DNA of 58,589 bases, filler included, from Dirinaria sp. TL-2023a (lineage: Eukaryota): NCBI GenBank assembly GCA_051941275.1. It is 4 parts of 4 records of this genome, joined end to end, with 100 filler letters (N's around TTAATTAATTAA, not from the genome) between each part and the next. Parts side by side here need not be neighbours in the genome. Positions count along the whole stretch, not along the records: positions 1 to 14,603 come from JAVEBF010000595.1; positions 14,704 to 29,284 come from JAVEBF010000596.1; 2 more parts are not named here. The stretch is one strand, 5' to 3'. Each line of letters begins with the position of its first letter. Positions within the stretch are counted from its first letter, which is position 1. The position numbers and the translations under genes were made by a program. The notes below the pieces were generated by a model. That model was not told where the DNA came from, did not search any database, and saw only the letters and a list, made by a program, of their open reading frames with translations. Positions 11,007 to 23,600 of the stretch are shown here, piece after piece.

Positions 11007-13297
11007 ATGGCGGCATCTGACCCTGACCTTGAGAGCGGATCTCGCAGAGACAACCCGGCGCCGAGCCAATCGGACGGAACCCGCCAGGCCCCGAATACAG
11101 AGAAGTCCGACCCCTCGGACCCGTCTTCAAATGACGACTGGACCAGTCACTTAGATACCGACTATACTGTAGAGATCCTTGAGTTTCGAAGAGGGTTAAG
11201 TGAATGGCAAGTTGTACCCAAGGAAGAGATCGACGATCCGTCGGTACTCCCAGAATCTGTTCTCATTCGTCTGTTCTTGGTCGAAGGACTCGCGAAGGAG
11301 ACGATCACTTACTTTTCCAATATCCATGAAGCCTTCTTTCTATATCATTTTCGCAATGTTCTGCCCTATGAAAGGCTAGGTTTTGATCACAACTTCTTTT
11401 TTGGCAAATGGTCTCGTCGTGCGCTTCAGAATCTGGATCAATGGCATATAGAGGACCGGATCGCCAAGAGCCGACCTTTCAATTTAGACATGATCACCGA
11501 CCCTCAAAATGTCGGCGTGAACCATGACCGTTACGAGAGGGCAAACGGCGTACATCGGCCTTACAGTTCCCTGGAAGCGAACGCAAATATTATGGGTGAC
11601 CAACACTTAAGGCAAGCTGTGGAAGAATGCGTTTCCACGTATTACACGAAAGTCCAGAATGGTCTAATCGGTACGTTGTCCCGATACAGTTGCAACGGAA
11701 AACGGATGTCTTTCTTCGATGGTTAACTTGGATATTGTAGGGGTCCTCCTGTTTGATGCACCCCGTAAAGTTCGGATCACTCAAAAATTCTACAAACGAT
11801 TAGAAGAGGACATGTCTGCTAAAATAACGACTGTGCGGGAGTCCTTTTCAAACTTCACGCCGTGCCGTCGGCGCTTTAGAGCGCAGCTCGAGCTTTCAGA
11901 AAACTTCAAAGCACTCATCCAGAGTCCTGAGCAAAGCATAAGGGATATTGTGCTTCGTTTCATGTTAGACGACCATTTGGAGATCATGTTAGACTTTCGA
12001 GAAGCGCTCGATTTCATTGATGAGAACATGTTCAATGACGATGTTTTGCGCAACTGCCTGCAGCAATGGCGGTACCTCTTCGGCCAATGGAAAAGAAATC
12101 TGGCGAACGATGTCAGCTCGATTTCCTACGTTACTCAAGCTCTAGTCTACGAAAAGAAGCTCAACCATGCGGATCACTGTACGGAAGGTCCAGCCATGAA
12201 GCAGATTGAGAGAACCAACAGCATCAACCACCCGCCGATGCAGGCTGACTTCGACAAGCTAATGAAGGAGGTACAGAGCCTCACAGAACGTGCCGGATCA
12301 ACCTTCCAGTCCATCATGTCAACCATGTCCATCGTCGAAAGCGCAAAAGCTATTGCGCAGGCGGAAGAGATCTCCAAACTGACCAATCTGGCATTCTTTT
12401 TCATTCCACTGACTTTGTGCGCTTCGATATTCGGCATGAACATTACGGTGAGAATCCTCAAGCATGGCACCCTGGCTTGACAGGCCATCACGCTAAATGC
12501 TCGGCTAGGAATGGGAGGACCATTTACGAACCTGGAACTGGGTTGTCGTTTCCCTGCTTGTCACATTGCTCACATACATAGCCTTATACTCCAGAGAGAT
12601 GAGAATCGCACTCTCTATGAGCCCAACACATCTCCAGGCACTTAACGTCAACAGCGCGGCGCGCAATATCAGCCTCTCCAGTCTGTTCTTCATCTACTAC
12701 TCCAAAAGGGTTCTGAAAGGAACCAGGGCGATGTTTCGATTTTTCGTTTCCGAGGACGGATTGGCTTCCTTGATAGTTCTAATATTTATAGTGGGTTGGG
12801 CCTTGGGAATATGGGCAATCGCCACAAAGCCTGCGCTGAATTATGGATCACGCGTTGCTGCAGCAGCTGGATTTGCTGTTGGTTTGCCATTCATGGCATT
12901 CATGTGGATCGGCATCTCCATGGATGACGACAACCCACGAGTCGCAAAGCCTGCTTTCAGTCTGCTAGCCATCCTTTTCGTCTGCATAGGGGTGGGAATC
13001 TGGGCCCTTCTTAGATATGCCGACTTACCGCACGGGCAGAAAGTCAGTATCGCCGTGGGAATGGGGGTGGGGATTCCCTGTCTGTACACCTTATGGGTCA
13101 CCATGATACTATGGGAATTGCTCGATGGACTCGTGAAACCAATTGTTGCCAATGCGGTTGTCCTCGGAGCACTTGCACCGAGTCTGTGGCTGATCCTGAC
13201 GAAGTCCTCCCTGGACCAGGATGACAAGGTGTCTCTCAGTGTTGGACTTGGAATCGGGATTCCATGCTTCGTACCCGTTTTGGTGCCTTTTCTCTGA
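11007..13297 (+). CDS. CorA-like (GMN-motif) membrane protein with extended multi-TM C-terminus; exons 11007-11670, 11741-12447, 12509-13297
   Basis: Three ORFs are joined in frame by introns 11671-11740 and 12448-12508. The product has SIVESAKAIAQAEEISKLTNLAFFFIPLTLCASIFGMNITEW, the CorA TM1 plus GMN signature. Confidence 0.85.
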
Positions 13298-14603
13298 AAT
13301 TTGACGTTCACAAATTTCTACAAAATCACGATGCACTTAGCCAGCAAAGAGCACCTATTTTCCTATAAATTGTGCCAGCTACGGAATGTCCACTTCATCC
13401 AGAACCTGAGTTATATTTTCGGAATCCGGCAAATCTTTACATACTAGCTGCACATGCTTACCAAAACGGATCGAAAGGCCTCTCGAAACCTCTCACGATC
13501 ATCATATCAATCGTCAATGACACGAATCGAAGCTTTCGATAACTGGCCCTATATTATCCTAACTCGTCAGCCTACCATCATCAAGATGCCGACAATTACC
13601 GTCCCAGCATATACACTGAATTTTTTCCTCGCTTTATTCTCAATAATCATGTAGGAAGGGTTCCCTAAGATGTTCAACTCCGGGCAGACCTCATACCTGG
13701 AAGAGGAATTATCATCCAGATCCGTGGACCGAATCATAAGCATCACTTATACGCGGAAAATCTGTTGTCGTGATCAGTAGAGCCAAAGTCCCGCTTCGAG
13801 TCCAGCAACCAAAAGAACAAGTACGCTTCAAGAAAAAACAACTACGGACCCCGCGTACAGTACTTTGTACCTCTACAGCCCACGAAAAAGCGAGCGTCCG
13901 GATTTCCCAACCGTAAGGAAGACGAAATTTCGAATCAATATTCTCGCTCTCGCAACTCCGATACTTGTTCGCTATATTATAAGCGGGGGTCTCTAGGATG
14001 ATTACAAAAAGTTTGTCGCCTCAAATTATCTAACATTTCCCCCTTATATAAAGTATCAGCCATACAAACGAAAATCTCTCCCTTTTTGCCTTGTAAAAAC
14101 CTCAAATCCCGCGCACACGTATACACATACATATACTTTTCTACTATACATTCGTCGCGCAGCAACTCGATAGAGTCGAGAGAACTTTTCACAAATTTTT
14201 CCTTCCTCTCAGCATTGAGAAACCAGACTTAGAAAAGTTTCCCGCGGAGGGAGAAGGAGAAGGAGAGCAATGGGGTGCAGAAGGAAGTCCGTGTTTCAGT
14301 TCCTTGATGCTTATCCTACTTACCTCTAAATAGGTTAAAAAAAGGGTTTCTTCCCTTCTCTTCAGATATTCATATCCTGCAAAAAAAAAAAACTCACCCA
14401 TTTCAGATAATTCCCGTGAGATGTATATACTCTGCCAACGCGCGAAACCCGGCGCCTCGACAGTCCATCAAATTTTCAAAATCAATTCACTTCTTTATTC
14501 AATTTTGAGTTGGATTTTGTTTGGCGTTGTTGTTTTGGGGGGATTCATAAGCCATGATGAACGTCCTTTCCTTTCCCCCTCTTCCTTCCATCCCCTTTTC
14601 CAT

Positions 14604-14703
14604 NNNNNNNNNNNNNNNNNNNNNNNNNNNNNNNNNNNNNNNNNNNNTTAATTAATTAANNNNNNNNNNNNNNNNNNNNNNNNNNNNNNNNNNNNNNNNN
14701 NNN
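14604..14703. other. artificial contig spacer N44-TTAATTAATTAA-N44
   Basis: 100-bp linker with stops in all six frames; three identical copies in the window. Confidence 0.98.
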
Positions 14704-15767
14704 CCCTCCCTCTCTACCCACCTCAGTAAGGTAGCCTTCCATGCTCCCTCTTCTGGTAAAGGGTGTGGGAACGACAAAGGATGACAGCATCACGTCCGTG
14801 CAGCTGATAGGGAGAAATCCAAGATTCCCGTCCTATGATTTTGATCTACACACCCTCTTTCAAATGCCTTGCGCATCAAGCTATTACTTTTACGGCATTT
14901 GGTGTTTTTGTTCTTTTCTCTCTAAAGGGACACAATCATCGAGCTTCAAGTGCACGGAAAATTGAAAGAAGTTCTGACATCCGAGAAACAAAACCCCCCA
15001 ACGCTACTACCATGGCAGGAGTCAGCCCCCAAAGCTGACTGAGAGTATGAGTACATGGGTCGTCGAGGAAGCGGAGCGGAATTGCTTGGGTGGGGGGTCT
15101 GCACGCCTCTTGGACGCACAACAACTGTCTTATACATACATATCGTGCATCTGCAGTCATGGAGGCCCAGACACAAGCCATGACAGTAACACTGCATTGT
15201 TATTCTTATTAGAATATGATTGTAGGATACAGCGAACGTCCGGATCTGCCTCGGCATTTTCCAGATTGAAAGATCAAAAGAGTGTGTTTCAAACTACGGC
15301 AACTAATAATACTGCAACAACAACCTGATGAGCATGCAATCTGTAATTTGGAAAAAGGCATTTCTGGATTCGAAGCTCGGTCAGAGAATCCCCCCCAAGA
15401 CGGGCAGCACATGATCCCCCGATTTCGGCCAGCGGACGCAGTGGAGAGCACCAGTAAAGGGCTTGGTGACCTTCTGACATCGAGGGTCCAAGTCTTGGGT
15501 GGTGGTTGTTGTGATTGCTGAGGTAAGCTTTCGCTAAGGTCACACCACAGTCCGCCTGGGCGAATAATAGGGGCCCAGCTGCACCTCTTGTCGAGGACTC
15601 TCTTGGAAATCCCTAGAGCGGCCGAGATGAGTATTTTGTCCTGTACTTACACTACCTTACTTTGCTTGTGCGGGAGCACTGAGCCTATGGGCATAGGTCC
15701 TTGCTGTCCTGAACGGAATGACTCTGGTGATGATCGCCTTCGTTATAAACACACGTCGCGGTCCGAA

Positions 15768-18700
15768 TCAATCGTAGTTACCAAGCCCAACTTGGCTCGC
15801 AAAGGAAGTTGAGATGCTCCTCGCGTCCTCATCGTCATTCGGTCCGCGCGGCGTCCGTTTGGTGGATAGATTTCCGCCATACATCGGCGCATCGCTTGGT
15901 CGTCCGCCAGAGTCTACAAAACGCTTCAATCGGTCGGACTGGCTGAGGCTAATCTGTCTGGCGTCATTCATGGGAAGTGCGCGAAGGCTGACCCCTCCCG
16001 TACCGCCAACAGTACTGGCCCCGTTGATGTCTGACTCAGTGGCAGCGACCGACTCTCCAGCGACACTCTCGGTGGCCCGACTCGGCGCCCCGTTCGCACG
16101 ACGCGCGCCGTTAAGGCTTGGCCATGATTCCTGAAATCCAGAGAACATTTGAGGATACGCAGAAGGAACCCCAACCCCACCAATTGAAGAGGAATGAACG
16201 GAAGAAACATCGTCCGGGATATAGCCGACGACAGATCCAGCATCGGTATATTCTGGATGAGACCCGCCGCGGCCGTTGTGCGTGCCGTTGGCGATGTCTG
16301 AAGCCCGCCCGTGGGCCATTTGGTAGCGCTGGGGACCACGATACGACTGTTTGGGACGGCTGAATTGTAATAGAGATATCTGCAGGTTAGACAGCGGGCC
16401 TTCGACCAGACAGTTGCGTTCTTTGAAATGGACAAGCAAATAATGCCACAGAGGATGCTTGGAAAGGACTTTCGGATTGCCGAGGATGACCAGGCCATAC
16501 TTCGCTCGAGTCAGGGCAACGTTGAGACGACGAGGGTCGCTCAAAAACCCGATACCTTGATGGTCATTCGATCGGACGCAGGACAGGACAATGAAGTCTT
16601 TTTCCCGCCCCTGGAAAGCATCGACCGACGCCACCTCGATCTCCTTGTAATTCTCTTTCTTAAAAGTCCCAGTGCTTTGCATCGAGCTGACAACGTAGCT
16701 ACGCTGCCCCTCGTATGGCGTGATGATACCAATGTCCTGAGGCTGCACGCCAGCCTTGAAAAAGCGCGTGATGATCTTCTCGACATTCGAGGCTTCCGTA
16801 CGGTTGAGGTAGGAGGTACCCGAAGCAGAAATCTCCTCGTTACCGAGATTAGACCAGAACATCATAGGCGCATCAATGACAGGCCATGGGAAGTCAACAT
16901 CGCGACGAAGCCGTTGTTGCATGGTTACGCCATTCTGTAGAGAGCCCTCATAGAACATGTTGGATGGGAACTCTGATAGACAGGGATGCATTCGGTATTG
17001 GACGTTGAGGCGAATTGGCGCGCAGCCAAGGACAACAAGTCGCTCAAACAGAGATTGATTGAGGCCTGCTTTGGCAGCCTTCTTGTTCATTATAACTGGC
17101 CCAAGCTGTTGGTGGTCTCCGACCAGTACAACCTGCTTGCAGCCAAGTACTAGAGGAATCATGCACTCTGGCTCCGCAGACTGAGTCGACTCGTCAATGA
17201 GAACCGTCCGAAACTTGGATCGCGAGAGACGCGGATCGCCCGCACCAACACAGGTACAGCAGATGACATCTGCGTTCGCAAGGACCTCACGTTCAGCATT
17301 ACGCGTCAGCGTCGTATATTTCTTCTCGTCCTGGCTAGACAGCTCTCCAAGTTCGTTCTTGAGCTGGTTCAACTTGACGAGTTCGACATTGCTGTCGTTC
17401 ATGCGCACTTGCTCATGCAGGGAGAGAAATCCGACTGGCGACTCCACGTCTTCACGAGATTTGGCAGTGACTCGGACCGTTTTCAGGCCAGTCTTATGTA
17501 TACGCTCGCATAGCTGGTCGACAGCCACATTCGATGGAGCGCAAACAAGGACTTGCCCATCATTGATCTTAGCTAGGTGGTAGATTATGGTGGCTGAGGT
17601 AACCGTCTTCCCAGTTCCTGGAGGCCCTTGGATTAAGCTTAGCGGTTTTTGCAAGACGCTCTTGACTGCGTTGATCTGGCTCCCGTTGAGCTCTGGCAAG
17701 CCTGGAACGCTATATTTCTTCGGCATGTTTGTCTTCATCGGTGCTGCAGCAACTTCGTGACCAAGAAGCCGATGGAATATGTATCCAGAGACGGACATCT
17801 CATCTATAGCGAAAGTCTTCATCGCAAGCTGCATGCGGTCGAACGAGGTTGCTTTCCATACATAGTCGGCGCTGAAATTGTGCGTGCATTCTGTTGGCAC
17901 CGATTTGTGGTCGCCTTTAGTCCGGAGTTCAATGGTAACTTCATCAGATTGATTGTTAGGTATCTTGATCACATAACCCACCCCTTCCCACACTGGGCGA
18001 AGTTCGCCGGTATATTTAATGCGCATCTCATCCCCCACTGCAAGCTTGACATCTCCGAGCTCAAGTTTGGGGAGCACAAAGCTTGCGAGATGCTTATTGT
18101 TGAGCCCAAAGTCCCACCGTACAATGAGACCGTCTTGTGACTGAGATTCCTTGAGCTTCCTGTCGTAATCCGCTTCGATCTTTACGAGCGGACCAAAAAC
18201 ATTCTGATACTGATATGCGTCATCGTAGTTCAGCAGTACCGGCGCGGGCTCATCGTCAACCCCAGCACCCTTCTCAAGATCAGCGACCGTCGCTGCTGCG
18301 TTGTCTTTCCACAACTCTTCTAGCTTCGCAATGCTCTGCGGGCTCAAGTGGCGACCCCTTAATTGTTCCTGGTCGGATGGCGCTGCCACCAGCCAGCTCA
18401 GAAAGGAGCGATCTTCAATCAAAGGTTGCCACCGTGACACATCCCAGTTCATATCCTTCGATGAGGGCATAGCGGCGCAAGGTTGACGGCATAACAATAC
18501 TACCACCGTATCGGATTTCGCAGGTATGAAACCCAGTAGGAAGACGTTCTTCGTACCGCAATTGTAACATTCGAGGACTGTATCGCCCAGTGAGGAGCTG
18601 GGGTGGAGCTGTACTTCCTTATGCCGAGCTCGTACTAAGTGGTTGATGATATGAGATGAAGAGGTATTCCCTCGGGCGCTGCAGAACCATTTGCTGCAGG

Positions 18701-19095
18701 CCAGGCATCTAACAACTGAGCTAGGGTTGTGTATACCGCAATACCTAAGGAAAACCCCTTAGTATGAAGACTTGTGCAAGGAACCTTGACACGTACGCGC
18801 ACGCGTGCGGCGGAAGCTCTTTCTCTTCCTCTGCTTTCACAGCCTGTTTCCCATTTGCACCTTCGACCGGCATGCTAACCATGCTTTCGGTATCATCGTC
18901 ATCGAACGTCGCCGTGCCGTCATCGTCGTCATCATGTCGACGGCGCCGCGGGCCCCCGGTTAGGTTTCCCCTTCCATATTCCCGGTCCAGTATGCTCTCA
19001 TCTGCATCGATGGTAGAGAGGTCGTCGCCGGCATTGATGGTAGGTGCGGAATCCGATATCAAATGGTTTCCGAGATGCGTGAAAGCGCCTTCCAT
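15768..19095 (-). CDS. UPF1: Nonsense-mediated decay RNA helicase Upf1/Nam7; exons 19095-18797, 18744-15768
   Basis: [12 protein letters not shown] start. Intron 18796-18745 restores the CH domain HACAYCGIH...[11 protein letters not shown]1 motifs [39 protein letters not shown] and [10 protein letters not shown] are present. Confidence 0.97.
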
Positions 19096-19343
19096 GTTGG
19101 GCAAGCCAAGTTGGGACTTACTGTGCGATGATTCGATGCTTGGGAATGAAGCTTATAGAGCCTCCAACCAGGCGCAAAAGCCGTATTGAGTATCAGTATC
19201 TCCCCCTTCCCCTCAACATCCGGAATGCGTAGATAAGACACTTTGTTTCTCTCAGCCTGAAGGGAGAGAAGCGAAGATTGAAGTGACCGAATGTTCGCCG
19301 GAGCAGGGAGAGTATGCGAGTGGTAGGGTAGGGTCAAGGAGGG

Positions 19344-19376
19344 GTAGAAGTAGAAGTAGGAGTAGAAGTAGTAGAA
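19344..19376. repeat. (GTAGAA/GTAGGA)n short tandem repeat in the UPF1-IMP4 divergent intergenic region
   Basis: gtagaagtagaagtaggagtagaagtagtagaa. Confidence 0.7.
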
Positions 19377-19710
19377 AGTGTTGGGTGTTAAGGTTGGTTT
19401 ATGTTCCTTGCATCGGAACACCCTAGGCTGGCAGGCCCCCACTACTACCTAAGGTACCTACGGAGTACCTACCTACCCTCCTACCTTACCTACTCCTACA
19501 TAGATTCAACCGACCCGCGCCTTAGCCTCATTAAGAGCCACATTTACACTCAACAAACATGAAATAGAATCTGGTGGCTTGTCTCTACAAGCACAGTATT
19601 ACACAGTACATCGACTTTCAGCATCACGGATGCAGTTCAACTCAACGACAACACTGGATGAAAAGAACCTGCGCAGAGAGAAATAGGAAGCGTTTGGTGC
19701 ACCGGGTGAG

Positions 19711-20650
19711 ATGATCGTATGTCTGTAGCTGGGAAGTACTTCGACGCTGCTGACCGGCACAACAGAGAAAACAAGCTCGCGAGCGCCGCGACTATCTATA
19801 TCGACGGGCGCTCACTCTCAAAGATGCCGAGACTGCAGAGAAACGTGCAAAATTGAAGGCGTCCCTGGCGACCGGCAAGCCACTTGAACCATCTATTGCC
19901 AACGACAAAACTCTGCGCAATGACTATAAATTCGACGAAACTGCTCCGTCCACAGAAGATGCCTTGGCTCTGGACGATGAGTATGCTTATTTGTCCGGCA
20001 TTGTCGAGCCTCGACCCCTGGTGACAACTTCTCGATCCCCCTCCACACGCCTCTCTGCCTTCGCCAAAGAAATCCGCCTTCTTCTACCCACCTCCATTCG
20101 CCTAAACCGCGGAACTACTATCCTACCGAATCTGGTATCAAGCGCCAACGCATCTGGTCTCACCGACATCTGCCTTCTTCATGAACATAGAGGGACGCCG
20201 ACCGCTCTGACTGTCTCACATCTCCCCCATGGCCCTACCGCTTCATTTTCCCTGCATAATGTTCTTTTACGTCATGACTTGCCAGATGCTGCTCGAGGAA
20301 CGGTATCGGAATCCTACCCCCACCTAATCTTCGACGGTTTCACAACACCACTTGGGAAACGTGTCGTCCAAATTCTGAAGCACGTATTCCCTCCTCGAGA
20401 GGTAGCAACTACAAATCAGAAAGTGGGCAACCGAGTTGTTACCTTCAAGAACCTAGAAGATAGCATTGAGGTCCGGCATCATGTCTTTGTGCGTACCAGC
20501 TATCAAAGTGTCGAACTGGCAGAAGTGGGACCGCGATTGACGATGCGCCTGTTTGAGATCAGGGGAGGAACGCTAGAAAACAAAGAAGGAGACACCGAGT
20601 GGCATATGAATCAGTACACTAGGACAAGCCGGAAGAAAGACTATCTCTGA
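19711..20650 (+). CDS. IMP4: U3 snoRNP Brix-domain protein Imp4; exons 19711-19716, 19766-20650
   Basis: ATG ATC | GTATGT...GCTGAC...ACAG | gives MIRKQARERRDYLYRRA. Brix motifs TTSRSPS, LLHEHRG, HLPHGPTA and ELAEVGPR are present. Confidence 0.95.
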
Positions 20651-23600
20651 TCATTCGGACTCGGATCAACAGATCAACAGCTGCCTCGGCTACCACTGAT
20701 TGCCCCTATTGTCCGCTCCGACGGGGAACTTTGACAATAAAATCTTAGGACATTACTTAACCAGATCATGGGATCGGTCGCCAGAGAATCCGCTTAAAGA
20801 TATCGAGTAATTGCTTTTTTTTTTTGGTGAATGGCAATCTCTGTTCCACCAAATGGTCTAGCATAGCTTCGCCAATTGCCTCAATACAGAAGCCAATCCG
20901 TTATAATGAGTAGGGAAGATCATTCACTGACCGCAAGGGATTTTGACGGCTTTCGAGACTGAATCCACTGTCAAAAAGGGTGGCCGGACTACGTTCTCTT
21001 CAATCCTGCATCGTCAGTCCTACGTTCTTTGGCTCTGTACTTCACATCGCTCTTTAGCCTCTGCTGTGCATACTCCACGCCGGTCTTGTCTACTCTTTAA
21101 GGGCTAGCAGTGACCACGGCAGCTTCATGTTATAATCGACGTTCCTACAAATATTCTGGCCTCTACGCGTGAGACTCCACCTACATAGGCCTGATGCGTG
21201 GCCGTGGATCTTGCTTGATCCATATCCTAGAAGAGACGGTCCATTCGCGAGGCTTCAGGTACACAGGATGGATTACATGCTTAGACGATGTTCGCTTTTC
21301 CTTTCGCTGTATACATAATGAACTAATTTTTTATGCCCAATAACTCGCGTCAAAAACGAAGAATTGAGACCTCCGCAAACTTCCGGACAGTCTTCCAGAC
21401 AGGAGCAAAAGAGCAACACATGCGCATCAATAAGCTATGAGGTAATTTTCCCATAGCATAACCCCTTCTAAGCTTTAAGCAGACATTCTTTACCACTAGG
21501 CCGGTCGTTGCACGCAATTGAACTAAGACATCCTCATCATGATTGTCCTATAGCCTTAGGTACAAGACCGTAAGCTTTTTCAAAAAGAGAGCACATTAGG
21601 TAAGTTCAAATTCTTATCAACTATATGCGCTGGGTTCTAACATTTTCGCAAAGCTCATTTAGACCAGCAGAATTGTGCTACTCCCCATGAGGTCGAGGAT
21701 GATCGGTCTCCCAGGAACAGTGTTCACGACGGTTGCTCTTTTCCACGAACGAATCAACATCATCGACTTATTCAGAAGCTGGTTCATGCCCATCCTTCCA
21801 GGGTCTGGCGAGCACGTTAAAGATTATTACGCGATCGTCACGGGATGTGAGCGATCTCAATCTCATCAAATCAATTTCCAGCTAAGTGGATCCAGACCAT
21901 GGGAGCTTTCATTATCGCCTGATAGCTATTCTGAGATTGAGCCATTGAGGACGAATCCCAACGCCAGGTATCCTCAAAAGGCCGTTGGAAACTGATCGGC
22001 TAGCATGCTTTGCTAGTAGGACCATGTCATCGGGGTTTTGTCGCGGGTTCAGTGACAAGATCGTTGGCCAATAGCGCTGATCGCCATATCTTTGCGTGGG
22101 GTGGTGCTGAATCTTTTGGCTCTCTGGTAGCCTACAGTAGGTGCCATCTCGGAAAGCGAGGAACAGTTGCTAACTTGATAAGACTCCGTCGGTTGCCCTT
22201 GGAGGTGACCACATGATGTGCCGGCATGCATCTCATCCCATTCGCAATATGCAACAGCCATTAGGCAAGTGATGCAGAGTTCTATATCTGGAAGTCCTTG
22301 TTCCCGACAACGTTGGGTGGCATCGAACGAGGAACCTTGTTCAGTGGGGGCCGCGTCTTGGTCTCTTGACCTTCCTGGGAGAGGGCACGGTCGACGTTGA
22401 CGACGAACAGGAGGACTGAACACCGCGATGGAAGCAGATTCTCCGATGGGCCGCATGAGATCGGACAATAAACCAGTACCGATTGGGCTTTATGAAATGG
22501 GGAGAACTCAGCGAAGGCAAGATCACCGAGGGCACAGACCTGCAGGCAATCAGCGAGCTACCCCATTCGGGCTCCCACATGCAAGCGTGCGCCGCGAAGG
22601 AGCTTGGCCCGAACATTCACGCCAAAAAGCAAGGTGGAGAGCGACGACGGTGGACGAGTAAGGCGAACGTTGCATAAGGTAGTTTGAGGGGTCGTGGCGC
22701 GCGTCTGGCCCGGCACCTGGGCGGAGCGGCACCCTGGTAGGAACAAGCTGTCAGCTACCACGTTGCTTTCGGGAATTTGATTTAAGCTGAGAAAGCATGG
22801 TTCTGGACCTGGATTCTGGACTTCTGCCCGTCAAGCACGACTGCAGGATGTGCTGCTAGCAAGTATGCTGCTATTGCAGGCAACCGGGAAATGGAACCCT
22901 GGCAAAACCCTATAACAGCACCAAACTATTCTTGATGGGGAACCAGCGGGAGCATGGAATGCCCGTCCTACCTTATCTTGGGCAAGAATTGTGAAGGTGG
23001 TGAACGAATCAGAATGTGAGCTAAGGTTGCTGCACACACCTCGGCAGGGCATGAGGTACAGTAATTATTGTACCTTACCCTACTTACATTACTGATTCAT
23101 CCGTCTTCAGTGAACTACCCAAGGTCAGGTCAACATAACCCCAACTGTGTTTGGTGACACAGCAGAACCCGATGGTTCGATGAGCCGCTTCCAATTGCCT
23201 GATTGTTGGGGGATTAGCGAGCGTTCAACGGTGCCAAGGTCGACGGATGGTATAATCCAGGCGGTGTGGTCCGCAAGGTAGCAGAAGCGCTCAGGTACTG
23301 ATAATCCCCTCGTGACTCTTTACCGTATGCATTATTACTGCATTCCAACCAGGCTGGAAATCTCGAGACTGTGCTCAAACGATGTCTCAACCTCCTTTGA
23401 TCGTCATCGGCTCTGCGTCCCTCAGCCAGCCACGGCTGCTATTTCTACACACCCTGAACCTCTGCCGGTACTTCCTGAGTATAATCAAAATCCCGGCCGC
23501 CGTTACAGAGAGGCGGCATGCCCAATGTGGTCGACCACTCCACCAGTCCGATCTCGGCAGTAATCATGTTTACACAGAGATGAAATGGGCGGGATAGAAT

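Noticed and set aside
14648..14659. TTAATTAATTAA repeated at ~14.7-kb intervals as a biological periodic element
   Set aside because: Flanked by exactly 44 N on each side; an artificial six-frame-stop linker.
15814..18486. Long antisense ORFs over UPF1 (also over PLC1 and TYW1)
   Set aside because: Shadow ORFs of GC-rich coding sequence.
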